Shown: positions 38,603 through 47,654 of the stretch, in pieces
How positions within the stretch are numbered: position 1 is the first letter of the stretch
How the letters are laid out: every line of letters starts with the position of its first letter
Assembly: GCA_044376115.1 (NCBI GenBank)
Contig: JBILLK010000010.1
Location: 224,001 to 288,000 of the forward strand
DNA: 64,000 bases
Direction: 5' to 3'
From: Polyangiaceae bacterium
Lineage (GTDB): Bacteria > Myxococcota_A > Polyangia > Polyangiales > Polyangiaceae
The notes under the pieces: model-generated
What the model saw: the letters and a program-made list of their open reading frames with translations, nothing else
The model's database searches: none
What the model was told of the DNA's origin: nothing
Position numbers and translations under genes: made by a program

Positions 38603-39862
38603 CTACAGTTGTTCGCAGTAGTAGCGGCTGAAGTCGGTGGCGCAAGGCACGTCAACAATTGCGCCGTTGAGGATCGCCGCGCATTCCTCCTCGTGATTTT
38701 CAGTCCCATCTCCGTCGTTCGGCTCGTCCATCAGCCAGAAAAAGGCAGACCCGTTGGCGACCGCCGTGAGATTGGAATAGAGCCACCCCTCGTTCAGCTC
38801 CGTAGCAGAGGGGGATTGATAGGCGCCAATCAACCGCCGCTCCCCCATACTCAGGAAGCCCGTGAGAAAGCTCAACTCCTCGCTGCTCTCGATGCGGGCC
38901 AGTTCAAAGCCCTCTCCACATTGAACTTGCTTCAAGCTCGTGGCCTGACCGCAATCTTTGTACACACGGTTGGAAAGGTCGACGCGCACCACGCAATCAC
39001 AGGCCTGGTCCCCGTCCACGGTGCCATCACAATCGTCGTCGAGGCCGTTGCATAGCTCTGCGGGAGGCGACGCCAGGGCCACGCAGTTTTGGTCCGCCGG
39101 TAACGAGCAGTCGAAGGTTCCGGGGCAGCCTTGGCCCAAAACGCAGGGCGCGCCCTCGACGCACTCATCCGCGATCTCCTCGCAGGCGATGGAGATGTTG
39201 GTATTCGTGCAGTATTCGTCGTTGAGAGCAACAGTTCCTTGGTCCCGTAGGGTGCCGCAGTTCTCGTCACCATTTTCAACGTAGTCGGGTGAAGGACCGC
39301 CGGTGTCGTTGGGCTCTGCGGAGTTCCACACCATGGGCACCCCTGGCCTATCCCAATGCCAACCGGCAATCGCCGAGAAGGCGCCGGCGTCTTGCTTCAG
39401 GCCAACGACGAACTGCGTCGCAGTAAAGGAAGCGAGGAAGGCTTGCTCCGCCGCAGTTTGCGGCACGAAGATCCGCGTTCCCAACGGACAGCTGAGCTCA
39501 CCGGAAGCCTGAGCCTCACAGCTCGCGTAACGCCTTCCTTCGAATACGAGCCACTCACAACCGCAGGCAACGCCCGTGGTACCAGGAGGGTCGTCGGCAA
39601 ATCCGTCGCAGTCCCCGTCGAGCCCGTCACAGGCGTCCTGCTGGCATCCGCCGGCGCCGCCGGTTCCGCCCATCCCGCCGAGCCCGCCTGTGGCAGCGCC
39701 GCCAGCTGCGTTCCCACCGCCACCTGCACCACCCGCACCGCCTTCAGGCGCGCCACCTTGAGCAGCACCGCCACCCCCTGCACCGTCGGTCGTGTAGTTG
39801 ATCGCGGTACAGCTGGTGATCAGCAAGAACACGATGGGAGAGCGCAAAACCCACGCTAGCAA
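38603..39862 (-). CDS. lipoprotein with two C-type lectin-like domains and Cys/Asp metal-binding repeats
   Basis: Lipobox ITSC; Gly linker; W...EPND...ENC...LND..C and W...EPND...EEC...D..C; CDGLDGDCDG and ELCNGLDDDCDG. Confidence 0.8.
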   Translation of the reverse strand: MLAWVLRSPIVFLLITSCTAINYTTDGAGGGGAAQGGAPEGGAGGAGGGGNAAGGAATGGLGGMGGTGGAGGCQQDACDGLDGDCDGFADDPPGTTGVACGCEWLVFEGRRYASCEAQASGELSCPLGTRIFVPQTAAEQAFLASFTATQFVVGLKQDAGAFSAIAGWHWDRPGVPMVWNSAEPNDTGGPSPDYVENGDENCGTLRDQGTVALNDEYCTNTNISIACEEIADECVEGAPCVLGQGCPGTFDCSLPADQNCVALASPPAELCNGLDDDCDGTVDGDQACDCVVRVDLSNRVYKDCGQATSLKQVQCGEGFELARIESSEELSFLTGFLSMGERRLIGAYQSPSATELNEGWLYSNLTAVANGSAFFWLMDEPNDGDGTENHEEECAAILNGAIVDVPCATDFSRYYCEQL

Positions 39863-39898
39863 GCCTATCAGGTCGCTGTCTCACTCATCCAGCTTCAG

Positions 39899-41884
39899 CT
39901 ACCACGCAACCGGCGTCCTCCCGGGCGGAACCACGTCGGGCATTGCGTGAAAGAGCTGGCGGCCTTGATCGGGCAGCGGAGCACAGAGACGCTCTCCCAA
40001 ATCTTCACGCTCCTCTGGATCCGCAGCCAAATCGAAGCAGTGAAACTGGTTATCCCACTCACGCGCTTCAATCTTGCGGGAGCCCTGCATCATGCCCCAG
40101 TTGCGAAACGCACATTCCCAAACCCAAGAGCAATTCGTCATTGGCACCGGCTCGAGCGTCCGCTCTGGGCGTGTGATGGGATGGCCCATCATGCGGGCGC
40201 GAAAGGGGGCCATCTCGGGCGCGTCCCAAAGGCCCATCAAATCAAGAAACGTCGGTCCTAGATCCAGATGCCAGACGAACTCTTCTTTGGCTGCCTTGAG
40301 CGTCGCCTCCTCCTCGGGCGAGAGCGTTCCGGGAGGTGCATCGACCCAACCGCGTACCAGCACCTCTTCATCATAAAGCGAGCTCGTATGACCCATCTGC
40401 CAGTGCTCACGGAAAGACTCACCGTGATCAGCCGTATAGACGATGACGGTCTTGGGGCCGGCTTCACTCTGGCGAATGGTCCGCAGGATCTCTGCCACCG
40501 CTAAGTCGGAGCGGTGCACCACGGATTGATAGTAATTGAAGTACTGGGAGTTGTGCTCGGCGTCCTTGGCGAACGACGTGGGCTGGAAAGGAGCAAGTTC
40601 CTCATCGAAGACGTACGGATAGTGAATATTCGATAGGTGAATCACTGCGAAGAACGGCTCTTTCATCTCAGGCCATTCCTCCTTCACCCGCTCGGCCAAG
40701 AGCTCGTCATTGGCGCCCGCGTCGAGATCCGCCTCACTGTCCAAGTGGGTCGCGACGCAGCCGTGTGAAACGGGGAGGTCTTGGATGTACTGACGAGCAT
40801 TACCGAACATGAGGTTCTGGCTCGTCCAGTAGGCCGTGTCGTACCCGGCGGCCTGCGCGTAGTCCCACAACAATGGCACGGAGTGCAGCAGTTCACGCGA
40901 TTCGGTTGGCCGCACACCCGACCAAATGTTGGAGATCGAAATGGCGGTGGTGGAGGCGTTGGACCTCAGCTGCATCAGCGGAAAGCGGTTCGGCACCACC
41001 GCGTTCGAGAAAGGCGTCGCCAAGTCACAACGACGGTCAGGCTCGATACAGACGACGTCTCCGCGCTGACTCTCTTGCAGAATGAGCACCACATTGCGGG
41101 GCCGGGCAGGTTTGGCTGAGAGCGGAGGGACGGGCTCGGGTTTGCGACGCTGGACTCTCAGATCGGGCGATTCATTCGTAAGGTCGAGCGACTCTTTGGC
41201 CAGCGCCACCAAGCCGTGGATGTAAAGCGCGTCGGGCGGCGAGGCCTGAATACCGCGATAGCTGGTCGGTATCAGCGTTACCGCATAGAAAACGGGCGGC
41301 AAAAGCAGACAGACCACCGTATGAGCGATAGGGCCCGGGCGTACGTACTTGCGAGCCGCGATCAAGGCAAAGGCCCCGACGATCAGCGCAGCAACCAAAT
41401 GAAAGAGCACGATCGGCCTGCCGAGCGGCAGCGTACCGAAGAGCGCCTGAACGAAGTTCTTGGAATGCAGCTGGCCGTCGATACACAGATAAACGTTCCA
41501 AAACGCGTGGAAGGCCCCCTCTGACCCCATCACCACAAAGAAGCAAAGCAGGAAGAGCCCTGCTAGGAAGGCGCTCAGGTTTCCGCGGCGTCTGGAGGCG
41601 GCAAACAGAAGTAATCCCCAGAAGACCAAGCTTTGGGCAATTCCACCCCAGTAGGCCGCCTGATAGTTGCTCGGGAAGGCAGCGATCTTGCCGCCGCGCC
41701 GGATCAGCTCGCCGAACAGCACCCAAGCCGTGGGAATGGCGAGCGAGAGCGCGGCTAACCAACGGCGACGACTGCGCAACTTCCGCCGCGGATAACGCAC
41801 CAAGCTGGGCCGTCGCGCTGCCTCCGCGGCAGCCGAACTATTTTGCTCCGGGGAATCCACCGAGCGTTCGCTCCGCATGCTCAA
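39899..41884 (-). CDS. membrane-anchored alkaline-phosphatase/sulfatase-superfamily protein (LtaS/EptA-like)
   Basis: About 5 TM helices, NVVLILQESQRGD, SNASTT, H.PY, TADHGE, GH. Confidence 0.85.
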   Translation of the reverse strand: MSMRSERSVDSPEQNSSAAAEAARRPSLVRYPRRKLRSRRRWLAALSLAIPTAWVLFGELIRRGGKIAAFPSNYQAAYWGGIAQSLVFWGLLLFAASRRRGNLSAFLAGLFLLCFFVVMGSEGAFHAFWNVYLCIDGQLHSKNFVQALFGTLPLGRPIVLFHLVAALIVGAFALIAARKYVRPGPIAHTVVCLLLPPVFYAVTLIPTSYRGIQASPPDALYIHGLVALAKESLDLTNESPDLRVQRRKPEPVPPLSAKPARPRNVVLILQESQRGDVVCIEPDRRCDLATPFSNAVVPNRFPLMQLRSNASTTAISISNIWSGVRPTESRELLHSVPLLWDYAQAAGYDTAYWTSQNLMFGNARQYIQDLPVSHGCVATHLDSEADLDAGANDELLAERVKEEWPEMKEPFFAVIHLSNIHYPYVFDEELAPFQPTSFAKDAEHNSQYFNYYQSVVHRSDLAVAEILRTIRQSEAGPKTVIVYTADHGESFREHWQMGHTSSLYDEEVLVRGWVDAPPGTLSPEEEATLKAAKEEFVWHLDLGPTFLDLMGLWDAPEMAPFRARMMGHPITRPERTLEPVPMTNCSWVWECAFRNWGMMQGSRKIEAREWDNQFHCFDLAADPEEREDLGERLCAPLPDQGRQLFHAMPDVVPPGRTPVAW

Positions 41885-43769
41885 TCAGGTCCGCGCAACC
41901 GGCGTCCCCTAAGTTGTTTTTCTCGAGCGGGTCCACGGCGAGGTCATAACAACCCCAGGCGTCGTCCCATTCACGGGCGTGCACCTTACGAAACCCCTGC
42001 ATCACTCCCCAGTTGCGGAAGGCGCAGCCCCAAACACCGCTGCAATTGGTGAGCGACAACATGGCCGGCGGAGCCACCGGACGAAGCCAACTGTGACCCA
42101 GCATCCCCTTCTTGAAAGGTTGCAGCTGGGGCTCGTCCCAAAGGCCCATGAGGTCCAGCACGGTGGGCGTCATATCGGTCGAAAAGGTGGGCTCGTTTCG
42201 ATGGGCCTCGAGATTCTTGCGCTCCTCCGCACTCAACGTGCCTGGCGGCGCAGAGACCCAACCCGGGACGTGCAGCTCCTCCTCGAACAAGGAGCCGGTG
42301 TGTCCTACAGGGCCGTGCTCCCGGAAGGCCTCCCCGTGATCACTGGTGAAGATGATGACGGTGCGGCTGCCCATCGGACGCGAATTGAACTCACGTAGGA
42401 AACGCCCAACGTGCTTGTCCTGAAGGAAGACCGCGTTCTTGTAAAAATTGCGGTACTCCTCATTGTTATCCGGATCCTTCGAGCTGCTCGAAGGTTGAAA
42501 CGGTGACTGCTCTGGGTCCACTTTGTAGGGCACATGGGTGTTCCCGACGTGCACAGTGGCAAAGAAGGGCTCCTTCAGATTTGGCAACTCAGCCAGCGCC
42601 CGCTCGACGAGCAGCCCATCATCCCCGCCGAGATCCAAGTCCGCCTCGGGCTCCACATCCGAGCCACCACATTGAAAGTCGGTGGGCAGGTCCTGCACCC
42701 ACAGCCGCGAGTTCGCAAACAGCATATGGTGACTCGTCCAATACGCATTACCGAACCCGGCGGCGCGCGCGTAGTCGAACAGCAGCGGGACGCCGTGAAG
42801 GCGCTCGCGTGGCTCCGTTGGTTCAAGCCCCGACCAAAGCACAGCGAGCTGAATCGCCGTGGTCGTGGCATTGGAGTGGAGTTGCTCCAGCGGGATTCGG
42901 TTGGGAACCGCGAGGTTCACTTCCGGGGAGATGTCACACTTCTCCGTCGGCACGGAGCAGTGACAATCGGCTCGGACGCTCTCGGTGAGGAGCAGCAATA
43001 CGTTGCGTGGGATTGGTTGATTCGGGCGCAGCTGTGGCATAGGCGGGGGAGTGCGTCGCCCCGGACGAATCTGCGCAGTCGTGCGAACCCCGGTGAGCTC
43101 TTTGATCAACCCGCCGATGGCGTGAAAGTAGATGACGTCCGGCGTAGAGGCCTGAACGCGCCTGTACGAGCACGGGATGAGGAACACCGCGATCAGCGCC
43201 ACCGGCGCCAAAACTCGCGCCACGCGCACGCTGCGCCGACGCGGCCGGATCAACTTCCGGCCGAGTACCAGGAACAGCAGGGAGAAGAGCAGAGGGGGCA
43301 GCACACTACCCAAAAAGTTTTCGCCATCCGCGCCGAGCTGTCCAAACACACTGCCCGCAAGGGAGGTACCGAACAACGTGGCGTCCAGGTTGAGGTACGT
43401 CGAGTACTGACTATGAAAGTAGAGCTGTCCGCCGAGCGCCAAGGTGAAGAACAGCAAGAAGACGGTGGCAGCGGCCCAACGACTGATACCGCGCTGCGCT
43501 GCCGCGACCCACAACAGGCTCATCCACAGCAGCGCGCTCTCGAGCACGGCCAACGAATAGCTGCCGATGTACTTGGGAGGCAGCGTCATCAGGCGCGTTC
43601 CGCGCGTGGCGAAGTCGGCGATCAGCACCATCAGCACGGGCGACGCGACGAGGGCCCAAGCAAAGCGTCTGCGCAAACGTGCAACGCTCCGCAGCCGGCC
43701 GTCCTTGCGGGCTACACTTTCGGTCATTGCTGGTTGTGAGACGGCCATCCTCGCCTCCCACGTTTCCAA
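41838..43769 (-). CDS. membrane-anchored alkaline-phosphatase/sulfatase-superfamily protein (LtaS/EptA-like), paralog of the downstream gene
   Basis: About 5 TM helices, NVLLLLTESVRAD, SNATTT, HVPY, TSDHGE, GH; shares TNCS.VW.CAFRNWG with its neighbour; start uncertain. Confidence 0.85.
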   Translation of the reverse strand: METWEARMAVSQPAMTESVARKDGRLRSVARLRRRFAWALVASPVLMVLIADFATRGTRLMTLPPKYIGSYSLAVLESALLWMSLLWVAAAQRGISRWAAATVFLLFFTLALGGQLYFHSQYSTYLNLDATLFGTSLAGSVFGQLGADGENFLGSVLPPLLFSLLFLVLGRKLIRPRRRSVRVARVLAPVALIAVFLIPCSYRRVQASTPDVIYFHAIGGLIKELTGVRTTAQIRPGRRTPPPMPQLRPNQPIPRNVLLLLTESVRADCHCSVPTEKCDISPEVNLAVPNRIPLEQLHSNATTTAIQLAVLWSGLEPTEPRERLHGVPLLFDYARAAGFGNAYWTSHHMLFANSRLWVQDLPTDFQCGGSDVEPEADLDLGGDDGLLVERALAELPNLKEPFFATVHVGNTHVPYKVDPEQSPFQPSSSSKDPDNNEEYRNFYKNAVFLQDKHVGRFLREFNSRPMGSRTVIIFTSDHGEAFREHGPVGHTGSLFEEELHVPGWVSAPPGTLSAEERKNLEAHRNEPTFSTDMTPTVLDLMGLWDEPQLQPFKKGMLGHSWLRPVAPPAMLSLTNCSGVWGCAFRNWGVMQGFRKVHAREWDDAWGCYDLAVDPLEKNNLGDAGCADLIEHAERTLGGFPGAK

Positions 43770-43826
43770 CGTTTTTAGAGTGCGCGCAACGTTTTGGTGA
43801 CATAACCGGTGCTAAGGTGCCGGCCG

Positions 43827-44918
43827 ATGTCCCCCGCCGAGGATGATCGTCGCGCCTCCCTGACGGCTGAGCTCACCACCGCGTTGGTTCGAGAGCTGGC
43901 GCTCGAGTGGCGCCGCTTGAACGATTCGTACTTCAAATCCAAGCTGCGCTTACCGCAATTCCTGCTGACTGCGTCGACGCACACCCTAGGCCGTTACGAC
44001 TACGGCCAACGGGTATTGTCCGTCTCGCAGGCGCTGGCGCTCGAAAAGCCGTGGTCCACGGTGCTCGAGGTGCTCAAACACGAGATGGCGCATCAGTATG
44101 TCTTCGAAATCCTTGGCGTGCTCGATGAGACCGCGCACGGGCCCGCCTTCCGCGAGGTGTGCGAGAAGCTCGGATTCGATGGGCGCGCGCGCGGCATGCC
44201 GGAGGCACCGGAGGAGCCTGTCGCCGAAGACCGCATCCTCGAGCGCGTCGCCAAGTTGCTCGCGCTGGCCGAGAGCCCCAGCAAACACGAGTCGGAAGCG
44301 GCAATGAACGCCGCTCAACGACTGATGCTGAAGTACAACCTCGAGCTTTGTACCAAGCCCGGGAATCGCAACCTTTACCGTCATCGCGCCGTAGGCGTTC
44401 CCACCGGGCGAGTCACTGAGGCCGAGCGCTGGCTAGCGGCCATTCTAACCGGTCACTTCTTCGTCGAAGGGATCTGGGTATCGGTCTATCGGCCGCTCTT
44501 GGGCAAACGCGGCAGCGTCCTCGAGCTCTCGGGTACGGAACAGAACCTGGAGATGGCCGAGTACGTCCATACCTTCCTCAGCCACGCCGCCGAGAGGCTT
44601 TGGCAGGCCCACAAACGTGAGCGCGGTATTCGCGCGAACAAAGACCGCCGCACCTTCTTGGCGGGGGTGATGTCCGGCTTCCACGCCAAGCTCGAAGAGC
44701 AAAAGAAGGCCCAGGCCAAGGAGGGGCTGGTTTGGCTAGGAGACGCGGACTTGAAGACCTTCTACCGCAAGCGCCACCCGCACGTCGTCAGTGTCCGTTA
44801 CGGCGGATCGAGCCGCAATGAGGCTCACTCCGAGGGCCAAAAAGCCGGGCGCTCGCTCGTCATCAACAAGCCGATTACGTCGGGGCCCTCACAGAAGGTA
44901 CGCCTGCTCGGCCGCTGA
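43827..44918 (+). CDS. SprT-like zinc metalloprotease + DUF2786 domain protein
   Basis: HEMAH, AHGPAF; ILERVAKLLALAES...E..AA...AQRLM.KYNL. Confidence 0.85.
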   Translation: MSPAEDDRRASLTAELTTALVRELALEWRRLNDSYFKSKLRLPQFLLTASTHTLGRYDYGQRVLSVSQALALEKPWSTVLEVLKHEMAHQYVFEILGVLDETAHGPAFREVCEKLGFDGRARGMPEAPEEPVAEDRILERVAKLLALAESPSKHESEAAMNAAQRLMLKYNLELCTKPGNRNLYRHRAVGVPTGRVTEAERWLAAILTGHFFVEGIWVSVYRPLLGKRGSVLELSGTEQNLEMAEYVHTFLSHAAERLWQAHKRERGIRANKDRRTFLAGVMSGFHAKLEEQKKAQAKEGLVWLGDADLKTFYRKRHPHVVSVRYGGSSRNEAHSEGQKAGRSLVINKPITSGPSQKVRLLGR

Positions 44919-44928
44919 GCCGTTTGGC

Positions 44929-47631
44929 TCACAAGCGCAAGCCCGGTGGCAGCCGTTCGCCCTGAAACACCCCGCGCTCCTCGGCTGCGACCGGCACGAC
45001 CTCGAGCACCATCGCGATCAGCTGCGGATCGGCGGCTTCGCGCGTGAGACGAGCAGCGAGCTCGTTGCGCGGGCCAGGCGCCAAATCGCGCGAGCGATCC
45101 CCAGTGAGCCGAGCGATCTCAGCGGCCGCACGCGGCGCAGTGGGCAGATCCTGCCACTTCTCGCGCAGCAGATGATCGAGCCATTTCTCTGCGACCTTCG
45201 GTGAGACCACGTGATGAAACTCTGCGTAGGTCGGGACCCGCGCGCCAATGCGACCGAGCGCAGCCCATAGCCGCGGATCACGCTTGGTCCAGGTGCGCTC
45301 GAGGATCCAATCGCCAAGCTCAGCGCGTGCACGAGCTGGCGTGCGCTCGAGGTGACTCAACAGCTCAAGCATCTCGTAGTCGCTCGACTCCGGTTTGAAC
45401 GTCTTCGACCGCTTGAGCTTCAGCTCGGAAGGAGCGATCAATGGCGCCAACGTATCGCGCAGTTGCAGCTGTAACTTCTCGGGCAAACCGCCTGCGACGC
45501 GACGAAAGCAGATAAAGAGCTGCTGCCAGGTACGGGCCTCTTTGGGGAAGGCCAACCCCTCATTGAACAGCGGGGCTATTTGCGCGGCTCGCTCCTCATC
45601 ACCCGGTGCTCCGTAGCCCGGCCGAGCCGTAAAGCCCGCCAGTTGAAAGAAGACGCGTTCATGGTCGAGCGAGCGCCGCCGCCCCTTCCTGTGTGAGAGC
45701 ACTCGGTCACACAAGGTTCGCGCGACGTCGAGGTTCCAGGTCTCCTTCTCACCGAGCAAGCGACTGAGCTCACGCAAGAGGTTCTTGGCGTCTTTTGGCT
45801 CGCTGCTAGTCCCTTTGCCGTACACGCTCGAGACCAGCTCGAGCGCGCGGTCCAGGTCCTTGCCCAGGTGACGCGAGTGAGCCGCATCAGGCTCCGCCTG
45901 GCCCTCGTCCGCGCGAAGATCGAAAGCGAGCCGGTGGCGTTCCCCAGATCCCGTGAGGGAGATCGCCGTCAGTTCCAGCGTCCCAATCGGGGAGAGCTCT
46001 GCCTCGAGCTGCACCGGCAACTCGCTTATGGCCCCCGCCCGCGAAACGGTGACCGACAGCGGTGGTAGCTTGTCGAACTCACCATTCAAGGGAACGAGCT
46101 GCCCCAGCGCTACGGGCCCAAAGACGTCGGAAGAATACAATTCAAAACGCGCTGGGCGCCCGACCAATAGCTTGAGCTCTTGATCGGTCACACGCAGCGC
46201 GACCCCCTCGGCGGTGCCCTTGGGCACCACGCACAACAGCAGAGGCGTCGCTCCTGAGCCTTTACCTACCTTCACGAAATAGCTCCTCGCGGCGCCTCCT
46301 TCGATCCTCGGGAGTTCCCCGCGCAGAGCCCGAGCATAATGCACTGCTCCGAGCGCTACTGCTGTATCGGGGTCATGGCCCTCAATCAGGAGCGGCGCTT
46401 GCGTATGCCAGGCCGCGAAGGTCTCGAGCAACCGAGCGACGATCGCTTTGGCGCGGAATACGCCGCCATTGAGCAGCAGCGCTCCCAGGCCGTCATCGGC
46501 CGGCAAGTGTCGCTTCAAGAAGGTCGCGATATGGCGAGTTATCGCTGGGTCCCGCTCGAACGGCAGACCCATCGCCACGAGTCCCGCGCGGGTGCGAGCG
46601 GGCTCGTTTGCGAGCGGCACGACTGGAAAGAAGCCGTCGAGTACCAAGCGCTCGGCGGCTTCCCGCGTGAGCGTCGTACTCTTGGTGGAGCCGATGAGCG
46701 AGGAGCCACGGCCGGCAACGCTAATGCGTATTGTCTCCTTTGCGCCGCTTAGCAAGCTCTCCTTCGCGCGTTGACACGATGCAACCAGCGAGGCGAACTG
46801 CACCGATTCGAGCGGCGCCTCCGCCGACAAAGCCGGCTCCAGATGATGCGCGAGCGCTAGATCCATATTGTCGCCACCGAGCAACAAATGCGCACCAACA
46901 GCGGTGCGCGTCACGGCTAGCCCGTGCCCCCCGAGCTCGACCCGAAACAGCGACAGGTCCGTGGTACCGCCGCCGACATCGCAGACGAGCAGGTAGGTCG
47001 CCTTGCGCCCTTCCTCCAGCATACGCTGACGCAGCGGTGCGAGCGCGCCACTCTCCAAAGCGACATAGAGCGCAGCCTGCGGCTCCTCCAGGAGCCGCAC
47101 CGAGAGACCCGCTGCGTCAGCCGCCTCGAGCGTGAGAGTTCTCGCGACCTCATCGAAGGAGGCCGGCACGGTGAGCACCACCTCGCAGTCCTCAGCCTGG
47201 AGCCCAGCCTCGGAGGCTCGCAGCTTTACGTGATTGAGGATCAGGGTTGCAGCAGCTACCGGAGAGAGCCGCGGTGAAGCCTCTTCGGCTGCGAGTCCCC
47301 ATGGCAGAATTGGCGCATGGCGATCAACCCGCGGATGGCAAAGCCAGCTCTTGGAGGAGGCTACCATCCGCGACGGGACCTCCACGCCACGTTGCCTGGC
47401 GAAGACGCCGATGGACCAATCAGCGCCCTCGAGCTCCGGAGCGGCCGTAAGTTCCTCGGGCAGCGCTGAGTAGAGACAGGAGGGTAAAAGCGCCCGGTCC
47501 TCGATCGTGGTGGCGCTGGTGCGTTGCCGAAGCGGCAAGACGCTTGCCTTTGCCGCCGACTCGGCACGCCGCACGGCGAGCACCGTATTCGACGTTCCTA
47601 AGTCAATACCAAGGATCGCGCTGGCCCCCAT
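44929..47631 (-). CDS. atypical Hsp70-family protein with DUF3731-like C-terminal domain
   Basis: GIDLGTSN, TVPASFD, EEPQAA, DVGGGTTD, GGDNMD; C-terminal LAGF..RPGYG..GD, WAALGRIGARVP. Confidence 0.88.
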   Translation of the reverse strand: MGASAILGIDLGTSNTVLAVRRAESAAKASVLPLRQRTSATTIEDRALLPSCLYSALPEELTAAPELEGADWSIGVFARQRGVEVPSRMVASSKSWLCHPRVDRHAPILPWGLAAEEASPRLSPVAAATLILNHVKLRASEAGLQAEDCEVVLTVPASFDEVARTLTLEAADAAGLSVRLLEEPQAALYVALESGALAPLRQRMLEEGRKATYLLVCDVGGGTTDLSLFRVELGGHGLAVTRTAVGAHLLLGGDNMDLALAHHLEPALSAEAPLESVQFASLVASCQRAKESLLSGAKETIRISVAGRGSSLIGSTKSTTLTREAAERLVLDGFFPVVPLANEPARTRAGLVAMGLPFERDPAITRHIATFLKRHLPADDGLGALLLNGGVFRAKAIVARLLETFAAWHTQAPLLIEGHDPDTAVALGAVHYARALRGELPRIEGGAARSYFVKVGKGSGATPLLLCVVPKGTAEGVALRVTDQELKLLVGRPARFELYSSDVFGPVALGQLVPLNGEFDKLPPLSVTVSRAGAISELPVQLEAELSPIGTLELTAISLTGSGERHRLAFDLRADEGQAEPDAAHSRHLGKDLDRALELVSSVYGKGTSSEPKDAKNLLRELSRLLGEKETWNLDVARTLCDRVLSHRKGRRRSLDHERVFFQLAGFTARPGYGAPGDEERAAQIAPLFNEGLAFPKEARTWQQLFICFRRVAGGLPEKLQLQLRDTLAPLIAPSELKLKRSKTFKPESSDYEMLELLSHLERTPARARAELGDWILERTWTKRDPRLWAALGRIGARVPTYAEFHHVVSPKVAEKWLDHLLREKWQDLPTAPRAAAEIARLTGDRSRDLAPGPRNELAARLTREAADPQLIAMVLEVVPVAAEERGVFQGERLPPGLRL

Positions 47632-47654
47632 GACGACTAGCCCTCCATATCGCG

